Below are positions 57,493 through 64,000 of a stretch of 64,000 nucleotides of DNA, piece by piece (within the stretch, counting starts at the first letter, position 1; each line of letters opens with the position of its first letter). Under the pieces are notes generated by a model, which was given only the letters and a program-made list of their open reading frames with translations, searched no databases and was not told where the DNA came from. The stretch covers positions 325 to 64,324 of the forward strand of contig JAFDDA010000001.1 in assembly GCA_019311105.1 (NCBI GenBank), in the 5' to 3' direction. This DNA comes from Deltaproteobacteria bacterium (GTDB lineage Bacteria > Myxococcota_A > UBA9160 > JAFDDA01). The position numbers and the translations under genes are program-made.

Positions 57493-57556
57493 CCCTGATG
57501 CTCTGTTGGGAGGCCCGCTAGCGGCCCTGATGCTCGGGCCAGAGGCCCGTCCGCCG
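57493..57556. repeat. imperfect 32-nt tandem repeat upstream of alaS
   Basis: CCCTGATGCTC occurs at 57493 and 57525, and AGGCCCG at 57511 and 57543, both with a 32-nt period. Confidence 0.6.
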
Positions 57557-57626
57557 CGGGCCCGCGCAGGGTTCGTCTTGTATATTCGCGCGCTTACCCC
57601 ACCCTGCAGATCCGGGAGGTTCGGTC

Positions 57627-60269
57627 TTGAGCGGCCCCATGAGCGGCAAAGAAGTTCGGGAGGCGTTTCTGGCCTTCTTCGAGCAGCGCGGTCACCAGCG
57701 GGTGGCCAGTGCGTCGCTCGTGCCGCAGTCGGACCCGACGCTGCTCTTCACGAACGCCGGGATGGTGCCCTTCAAGCGCGTCTTCCTCGGCGAGGAGTCG
57801 CGGGGCTACACGCGCGCCGTGAGCTCGCAGAAGTGCATGCGTGTGTCGGGCAAGCACAACGACCTCGAGGCCGTCGGTCGCAGCCCGAACCACCACACCT
57901 TCTTCGAGATGCTCGGGAACTTCTCCTTCGGCGACTACTTCAAGGACGAGGCCATCGCCCTGGCCTGGGAGTTGGTGACCGAGGGTTTCGGCTTTTCGCT
58001 GGATCAGCTCGCCGTCTCGGTCTTCGAAGAGGACGACGAGGCCTACGCCCTCTGGCACAAGAAGGTCGGGCTGCCTGAATCGAAGCTCTATCGGCTCGGT
58101 GCCAGCGAGAACTTCTGGACCATGGGCGAGACCGGTCCGTGTGGGCCCTGCACCGAGATCCACATCGACTTCGGCAAGCCGCCGTCCTGCAAAAACGCGA
58201 GTTGCGACCCGTCCTGCGAGTGCGGCCGCTGGGTCGAGATCTGGAATCTCGTCTTCATGCAGTTCAACCGGGATGCCAGCGGGAAGCAGACACCGCTGCC
58301 GAAGCCCTCGGTCGACACGGGCGCCGGCCTCGACCGCCTGACACGGGTCCTCCAAGGTGTCGAGACGAACTACGACACCGATCTCTTCGCGCCTATCCTC
58401 GCGCGCATCCAGGACGTTTCGCGGAAGTCGCTCGGTAGCGACCCCGAGCTCGACGTTGCGATGCGCATCGTGGCCGACCACGCTCGCACGTGCACCTTCC
58501 TGATCGGGGACGGCGTGCTCCCCAGCAACGAGGGGCGCGGCTACGTGCTGCGCCGGATCCTGCGGCGCGCGGCGCGGCAGGGTGCGGCGTTGAACCTCGA
58601 CCGCCCGTTCCTCTGGGAGGTGGCCGAGACCGTCGTGGACGAGATGCAGGAGGCGTACCCCGACCTCTCGGAGCGGCGCGCCTACATCCTGGGACGCATC
58701 CGCAGCGAAGAGGAGCGTTTCCTCGAGACCCTGTGGAAGGGGCTCTCGCTCCTCGAAGACGAGATCGAGGCGCTCGCGAAGGCCGACGCCCGCGAGATTC
58801 CGGGCGAGGTCGTCTTCAAGCTCTACGACACCTTTGGTTTCCCCGTCGATCTCACCGAGGACATCCTCTCGGGCAAGGGGATCACGCTCGATCACGCCGG
58901 GTTCACGCGTGAGATGGAAGCGCAGCGGACACGGGCGCGTGCCGCGTGGAAGGGCAGCGGCGACGCGGGCGTAGGCGAGGTCTACTCAACACTCTCCAGC
59001 GAGCTCACCACGGCATTCTGTGGCTACGACACGCTCGAGGCGGCATCGCCTTTGCGCGCGATCCTTGTGGACGGTGCGCGCGTCGAGGTGGCGAAGGCGG
59101 GCAGCGAGGTCGCCCTCGTCGTCGACGAGACGCCCTTCTATGCCGAGAGCGGTGGACAGGTCGGCGATCGCGGGCGCATCACGACGGCCGGCGGCACGGT
59201 CGAGGTCCAGAACACGCAACGGCCGTCGGGCGAACTCGTGGTCCACTTGGGGAAGGTCGTCTCCGGTGAGGTCTCGGTCGGGGAGACCGCAGAGCTGTGT
59301 GTCGACGGCGAGACGCGCAGTGCCACCGTCCGCAATCACTCGGGTACGCATCTGCTCCATGCGGCGCTGCGCGAGGTCCTCGGTCCCGAGGCCATGCAGA
59401 AGGGCTCGCTCGTCTCGCCGGATCGGCTGCGCTTCGACTTCACCCACGACCAGCCCGTGAGTGACGCCGAGCTCCGCCAGATCGAAGACCTCGCCAACCG
59501 TTGGATCGTCGAGAACCACGGTGCGAGCGTGCGCTTTCTTTCCTACGACGAGGCGGTGAGCAGCGGCGCTGTCGCATTGTTCGAAGAGAAGTACGGCGAC
59601 GTCGTGCGCGTCATCAACTTCGGCCCCTCGACGGAACTCTGCGGTGGCACCCACGCCAGCGCGACGGGTGACATCGGTCTGCTTCGCATCGTTTCGGAGA
59701 CCGGGATTGCTTCGGGTGTCCGCCGTCTCGAAGCCGTGACAGGCCTCGGCGCACTCGCCCATGTGCGTGGGCAGGAGGATCTGCTGCGCGAGACGGCGGG
59801 GCGTCTGCGCGCGCCAGTCGCCGAGCTGCCCACGCGGGTCGAGAAACTCGTCGAGGAGAAGCGTCAACTCGAGCGCGAGCTCGATCGTCTGCGCGCCGAG
59901 AGCCGCGGCGCGGCCAGCGGTGACCTCGTCTCCGAGGCACGCGACGTCGGCGGCGTGAAGGTCCTCGCCGTGCGCGTGGACGACGTCAACTCGAAGGAGT
60001 TGCGCAGCCTCGTCGACGACCTGCGCAGCAAGCTCGGCTCGGGTGTCGTGCTGGTGGCCGCGCCGGCCGACGGCCGCGTGCCGATCGCCCTTGGGATCAG
60101 CCCGGACCTCGTGGGCCGCTTCAAGGCCGGCGACCTGATCCGCGAGATCGCCAGCGTGCTGGGCGGCAAGGGCGGCGGCCGCCCCGACTTCGCCCAGGCC
60201 GGCGGGTCCGACGCCAGCCAGCTCGATGCGGCCTTCGCGCGGCTCCACGAACTCGTCGAGGCGGGGTAG
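57627..60269 (+). CDS. alaS: alanine--tRNA ligase
   Basis: FTNAGMVPFK, SQKCMRVSGKHNDLE, HHTFFEMLGNFSFGDYFK, the editing-domain motif HSGTHLLH and the C-terminal DHHA1 motif GGGRPDFAQAGG. TTG start lies 7 nt after GGGAGG; ATG 57639 is the alternative. Confidence 0.97.
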   Translation: MSGPMSGKEVREAFLAFFEQRGHQRVASASLVPQSDPTLLFTNAGMVPFKRVFLGEESRGYTRAVSSQKCMRVSGKHNDLEAVGRSPNHHTFFEMLGNFSFGDYFKDEAIALAWELVTEGFGFSLDQLAVSVFEEDDEAYALWHKKVGLPESKLYRLGASENFWTMGETGPCGPCTEIHIDFGKPPSCKNASCDPSCECGRWVEIWNLVFMQFNRDASGKQTPLPKPSVDTGAGLDRLTRVLQGVETNYDTDLFAPILARIQDVSRKSLGSDPELDVAMRIVADHARTCTFLIGDGVLPSNEGRGYVLRRILRRAARQGAALNLDRPFLWEVAETVVDEMQEAYPDLSERRAYILGRIRSEEERFLETLWKGLSLLEDEIEALAKADAREIPGEVVFKLYDTFGFPVDLTEDILSGKGITLDHAGFTREMEAQRTRARAAWKGSGDAGVGEVYSTLSSELTTAFCGYDTLEAASPLRAILVDGARVEVAKAGSEVALVVDETPFYAESGGQVGDRGRITTAGGTVEVQNTQRPSGELVVHLGKVVSGEVSVGETAELCVDGETRSATVRNHSGTHLLHAALREVLGPEAMQKGSLVSPDRLRFDFTHDQPVSDAELRQIEDLANRWIVENHGASVRFLSYDEAVSSGAVALFEEKYGDVVRVINFGPSTELCGGTHASATGDIGLLRIVSETGIASGVRRLEAVTGLGALAHVRGQEDLLRETAGRLRAPVAELPTRVEKLVEEKRQLERELDRLRAESRGAASGDLVSEARDVGGVKVLAVRVDDVNSKELRSLVDDLRSKLGSGVVLVAAPADGRVPIALGISPDLVGRFKAGDLIREIASVLGGKGGGRPDFAQAGGSDASQLDAAFARLHELVEAG

Positions 60270-60274
60270 CCGCG

Positions 60275-62269
60275 GTGACCGCGCCCTATGTGACCTCTCC
60301 GTTCGCCCCGCGGCGGCGCGCCACGCGTGAAGTGCTCGTGGGTGATGTCGGCATCGGCGGCGAGAACCCGATCCGCATCCAGTCCATGACCACGACGAAC
60401 ACCCAGGACGTGGCGGCGACGGTCGAGCAGACCGAACAGCTGGCCGCGGCCGGGTGCGAGATCGTTCGCATCACGGCGCCCTCGATCACGGACGCCGAGG
60501 CTCTGGCCGCGATCCGGGCCGAGCTCGACCGGCGCGGCGTCCGTGTCCCGCTCGTGGCCGACATCCACTACACGCCGAATGCCGCGATGGTGGCGGCCGA
60601 ACATGTGGAGAAGGTCCGCGTGAACCCCGGAAACTACGCGGACAAGAAGAAGTTCGCCGTGCGCGAATACGGGGACGCAGAGTGGCGGGCCGAAGTGGAA
60701 CGGGTTGCCGAACGCTTCCGTCCCCTGGTCCAGCGCTGTCGAGAGCTCGGGAGGGCGCTGCGCATCGGCACGAACCACGGCTCTCTCGCCGACCGCATCA
60801 TGAACCGCTACGGCGACACGCCCGAAGGCATGGTGCAATCCGCTCTCGAGTTCCTCGACGTGTGTGAGAGCGAGAGTTTCCGCGACGTCGTCTTCAGCAT
60901 GAAGTCGAGCAACCCCCAGGTGGCGATCCAGGCCTACCGGCTGTTGGCCGCACGGCTCGAGGAGCGCGCACCGGGCGAACCCTCCTATCCCTTCCACGTC
61001 GGCGTGACCGAAGCCGGCTCGGGCGAGGACGGGCGCGTGAAGAGCGCCATCGGGATCGGCGCGTTGCTCGAGGATGGCATCGGCGAGACGATCCGCGTGT
61101 CGCTGACCGAGCACCCGGTGAAGGAAGTGCCCGTCGCGCGGGCTCTCGCGGCCTGCTACGAGGCGCGCTCGAAGCAACCCGAGGTCGAAGCGCCAGAGCC
61201 CGGAGCTGGCTATTGCGACGACCCCTTCGACCACGTTCGCCGAGCGTCGCACTTCGTCCGGGCGGGATGCGAGATCGGTGGCGAAGCGCCGGTGCGGGCG
61301 GAGCTCGAGCTTGGCGATGTGCCGGAAGACGCGGCGGGGCTGGCTCGCCGGCTGGCCGTCTCGTTGGCCGCGGCCCCGAACATCGAGTGCGAAGGCCTCA
61401 CGGTGAACGTTCGCAGCGAAGCCGATGCCGCTCGCGTGGAAACCCTCGCAGCGGAGTTGCGCCTGGTTGACATCGACGCGCCCCTCGCAGTGGTGGGCCC
61501 CCCTTCGCTTTCGAGCCAGGTTCCGTCGGCCGCGCGCTGGGTGGTGCCGCTGGCCCCGGGTGAGGACCCGGCCGAAGCGCTCGGCCTCGATCGCCCCGTC
61601 GAGTTACGCCTCGACGGTGCGCTCGTCGCCCTTCCGGGCCAGGTGGATGCCGTGCTCGACGCCGCTCGGGGGCGGATGGATCTGCTCTTCTCGACGGGCG
61701 CCTGGCCGCCCGTTCATGCGACCCGGACGCTCGCGGCGCAGCTGCGTGCCCGCGGCGCCGGGCATCCGATCGTCCTGCGTCACATCGGGCTCGGTTCGCA
61801 GGCCGACGACGAGGCGGCGCTTCTCGCTGCGGCCATCGATCTCGGCGCGCCGCTCTGCGACGGCCTCGGCGACGCCATCGTCCTGCCCGCGGGCAAGGAC
61901 CCGGGCCGCTCGCTCTCGCTCGGCTATCGCATCCTCCAAGGCGCGCGCCAGCGGACGACGTGGACCGAGTTCATCTCCTGCCCATCCTGTGGTCGCACGC
62001 TCTTCGATCTCGAGGAAGTCACCGAACGCATCCAGGCCCGCACGGGCCACCTCGAGGGCGTGAAGCTCGCGATCATGGGTTGCATCGTGAACGGCCCCGG
62101 CGAGATGGCCGACGCCGACTTCGGCTACGTCGGCTCGGGCCCGGGCCGGATCAACCTCTACGTTGGCAAGGAACTCGTCGAGCGGAACGTCCCCGAGGCC
62201 GAAGCCGACGACCGGCTCGTCGAGTTGATCCGAAAACACGGCCGCTGGATCGACGTGCCCGCCGCCTAG
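60275..62269 (+). CDS. ispG: 4-hydroxy-3-methylbut-2-enyl diphosphate synthase, long form with inserted domain
   Basis: IRIQSMTTT, RVNPGNY, RIGTNHGSL and the C-terminal motifs SCPSCGRT...GCIVNGPGE. At 664 aa it is about 300 aa longer than the short enterobacterial form. Confidence 0.95.
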   Translation: MTAPYVTSPFAPRRRATREVLVGDVGIGGENPIRIQSMTTTNTQDVAATVEQTEQLAAAGCEIVRITAPSITDAEALAAIRAELDRRGVRVPLVADIHYTPNAAMVAAEHVEKVRVNPGNYADKKKFAVREYGDAEWRAEVERVAERFRPLVQRCRELGRALRIGTNHGSLADRIMNRYGDTPEGMVQSALEFLDVCESESFRDVVFSMKSSNPQVAIQAYRLLAARLEERAPGEPSYPFHVGVTEAGSGEDGRVKSAIGIGALLEDGIGETIRVSLTEHPVKEVPVARALAACYEARSKQPEVEAPEPGAGYCDDPFDHVRRASHFVRAGCEIGGEAPVRAELELGDVPEDAAGLARRLAVSLAAAPNIECEGLTVNVRSEADAARVETLAAELRLVDIDAPLAVVGPPSLSSQVPSAARWVVPLAPGEDPAEALGLDRPVELRLDGALVALPGQVDAVLDAARGRMDLLFSTGAWPPVHATRTLAAQLRARGAGHPIVLRHIGLGSQADDEAALLAAAIDLGAPLCDGLGDAIVLPAGKDPGRSLSLGYRILQGARQRTTWTEFISCPSCGRTLFDLEEVTERIQARTGHLEGVKLAIMGCIVNGPGEMADADFGYVGSGPGRINLYVGKELVERNVPEAEADDRLVELIRKHGRWIDVPAA

Positions 62270-62769
62270 GGCAAGGGTGGGGCCGCGACATCGACGCCGC
62301 CGAGTTCGCCACCGGAGGTGACTCCACGCGCCTCGTCGATGAAGGCCAGCGCTCGGGAATCCACGAGCGAAATGTGATCGCGCCCGACCGCCGCCGCCGC
62401 GCCCGCCAGGATCAACCCGACCACCAGCAGCCCTTCTGCCGTCCCGAGCAAGCCGCCCCCGAGTCGGTCCGCCCAGCCGAGGCCCGCCGCTCGGACGCCG
62501 CGCTTCACGATCTTCCCCACGATGACGACCGCGCCCACGACGCTGATGACGAGCAGCACGCCCGACCCGACCCGCAGCGTGAAGTCGCCCCAGCCGACGC
62601 CGGCTTCGGTACGAAGCCACGCCGCCAACGGATCCGTGAACAACCGAACCGCAATGATGGCCCCGCCCAGCGCCACCAGCGAGAACGCCTCTCGGATCAT
62701 CCCGATCAGCAACCCGCGAGCCGCCGCAATCGTCAAGATCCCGAGCGCCAAGACATCGACTGCCGCCAC
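62266..62769 (-). CDS. cvpA: CvpA-family membrane protein
   Basis: Four TM segments and the CvpA-like N-terminus VDVLALGILTIAAARGLLIGMIRE. Its stop shares CTAG with the ispG stop. Confidence 0.8.
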   Translation of the reverse strand: MAAVDVLALGILTIAAARGLLIGMIREAFSLVALGGAIIAVRLFTDPLAAWLRTEAGVGWGDFTLRVGSGVLLVISVVGAVVIVGKIVKRGVRAAGLGWADRLGGGLLGTAEGLLVVGLILAGAAAAVGRDHISLVDSRALAFIDEARGVTSGGELGGVDVAAPPLP

Positions 62770-62837
62770 GAGAACCCCCCGCCACGAATCTACCGAACAG
62801 CCTGAGGACTTACCTCTACCGGCCCAACTCGGCGCAG

Positions 62838-62953
62838 GCGGCCGGGCCCGATGAGGGTTCCGGCGAATGGCTCGCGTTGGTGCGCCTCGATGGCGCGGGA
62901 CACCCGGGCGGGCTGCGCTTTATTTCGCCGGAACCCTCATCGGGCCCGGCCGC
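62838..62953. repeat. palindromic element copy B (perfect 30-bp stem, 56-nt loop)
   Basis: 62838-62867 GCGGCCGGGCCCGATGAGGGTTCCGGCGAA is the exact reverse complement of 62924-62953. The loop begins TGGCTCG and ends GCTTTAT, as in copy A. Confidence 0.9.
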
Positions 62954-62967
62954 GCCCTACATGGGCC

Positions 62968-63402
62968 CTACGCCGGCGGTTGCTGGTAGAGATAGGCCCG
63001 CAGGCTCCGAATCTCTTCGCCCTGCTCTTCGATCTCGTCCCGCAGCAAATCCCGCATCGAGATCATGCCGATCACACGTCCCTCGGTGACGATGGGCAGG
63101 TGCCGGCACCCCGCGTTGCGCATCTTGTCGATGGCCGATTCGCGGTCGTCGCCGAGCCCGGCCGTGACGACATCGCGCGTCATCACGTCCGACACGCGCA
63201 CGCTGCGGACATCGCGGCCCGGGACCACGACGCGCGTCATCAGGTCGCGCTCGGAGAAGATCCCAACGAGTCGCTCCCCCTCGACGACGGCCATGGCGCC
63301 GATGCCGCGCAGGGCCATCTGGCGCGCCGTCTCGAAGACGGTGCTGTCCGGCGAGGTATGGATGACGTGCTGGCTTCGAAGGACGCGTTGAATGTTGTGC
63401 AT
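62968..63402 (-). CDS. CBS-pair domain protein
   Basis: Two CBS repeats (VIHTSPDSTVFETARQMALRGIGAMAVV and VMTRDVVTAGLGDDRESAIDKMRNAGCRHLPIV). ATG at 63402. Confidence 0.8.
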   Translation of the reverse strand: MHNIQRVLRSQHVIHTSPDSTVFETARQMALRGIGAMAVVEGERLVGIFSERDLMTRVVVPGRDVRSVRVSDVMTRDVVTAGLGDDRESAIDKMRNAGCRHLPIVTEGRVIGMISMRDLLRDEIEEQGEEIRSLRAYLYQQPPA

Positions 63403-63544
63403 GGCGTACACCCCCTGTCTGGGCGTTCTCGCCGTGCGGCGCCCGGCGAGAGCGCACACCTGATCCTTCTCAGAAAATGGGGTCGATGTAAAGAGGGGGC
63501 GTCTGGCCGCACCCCGGCTCGGCTCGCAACCAGCGCGTGGAACC

Positions 63545-64000
63545 CTACGGACCTGCGTCACTTTTCTGTGACGGGCCGCCTGCCATCCGCAGATACGTGC
63601 GGGCCTCGTCGAGGCTCGGGTCGCACTCGAGAGCGGCCTCCCACTCGGCGCGTGCCTCGGCGTTTCGGCCTACGCTCCAGTGTGTCACGCCGAGCTGGAC
63701 GCGTGCGCCGTGTTGGAGCGGGTCGACGCGCAGGATCCGTTCGAGTTCGTCGATCGACTGAGCCGGGCGGCCCGCCTCGCGCAGCGCGATCGCAAGACGC
63801 AGGCGGATGTCGTGGAACGCCGGGCCGTGCTCCAACGCCTTGCGGTAGGCGAGGGCGGCTTCGACGGGTTCGCCGACCTCCCGGTAGGCGTCCCCGAGGG
63901 TCGCGTGCAGGTTCGCGAGCTTGCCGAGCGTCGTCGCGTCGAGCCGGCCGTGGCCGGGTTTCGCCACGGAGCGGGCCCCTTCTGCCAGGCCTCGCGCCCG
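63545..64000 (-). CDS. TPR-repeat protein (5' end outside the window)
   Basis: TPR-like A-Y---L--G repeats. The frame stays open upstream of the track start 63967 to the window edge. Confidence 0.6.
   Translation of the reverse strand, partial: RARGLAEGARSVAKPGHGRLDATTLGKLANLHATLGDAYREVGEPVEAALAYRKALEHGPAFHDIRLRLAIALREAGRPAQSIDELERILRVDPLQHGARVQLGVTHWSVGRNAEARAEWEAALECDPSLDEARTYLRMAGGPSQKSDAGP

Overview
GC-rich, gene-dense chromosomal window with strongly GC3-skewed codons. I call 61 protein-coding genes, the first and last partial. I found no rRNA, tRNA, CRISPR array, transposase, integrase or prophage signature. All functions come from motif recognition in the supplied translations; no database search was run. 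Start codons come from SD spacing and N-terminal homology, and several are uncertain.

Most of the content is housekeeping: nrdJ, ssb, ftsK, lolA, mreB, mltG, ruvX, pgpA, cinA, recA, mtgA, pilT, alaS, ispG, lgt, moaC, radC and ETF-QO. Envelope and signalling markers (lolA, lgt, mtgA, a PEP-CTERM sorting signal, pilT, a TIGR02266-type PilZ) suggest a diderm, Myxococcota/deltaproteobacterium-like host rather than an actinobacterium.

The standout gene system is a complete Pup-proteasome locus at 37107-44836: mpa/arc, dop, pup, prcB, prcA and pafA. An oppositely oriented PEP-CTERM protein gene interrupts it. This system is known mainly from Actinobacteria and a few other lineages, so it is notable here but not new.

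Four non-genic signals look more unusual:
- Two copies of a ~120-bp element have a perfect 30-bp stem. The stem middle differs between copies with full compensation on both arms, while the loop ends and stem top are conserved (35421-35542 and 62838-62953). Both copies sit at the same distance behind a stop codon.
- Short 20-38 nt tandem duplications sit exactly on start/stop junctions. They create chains of translationally coupled mini-ORFs (MIRU-like) at the sigma/anti-sigma junction, the pgpA/cinA junction and the MFS transporter leader. Similar duplications occur at the pup and prcA stop codons.
- nrdJ has a 547-bp, AT-richer, structured leader.
- A 0.8-kb stretch with poor coding signal lies immediately upstream of the proteasome ATPase.

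Long antisense shadow ORFs are common in this window and were ignored.
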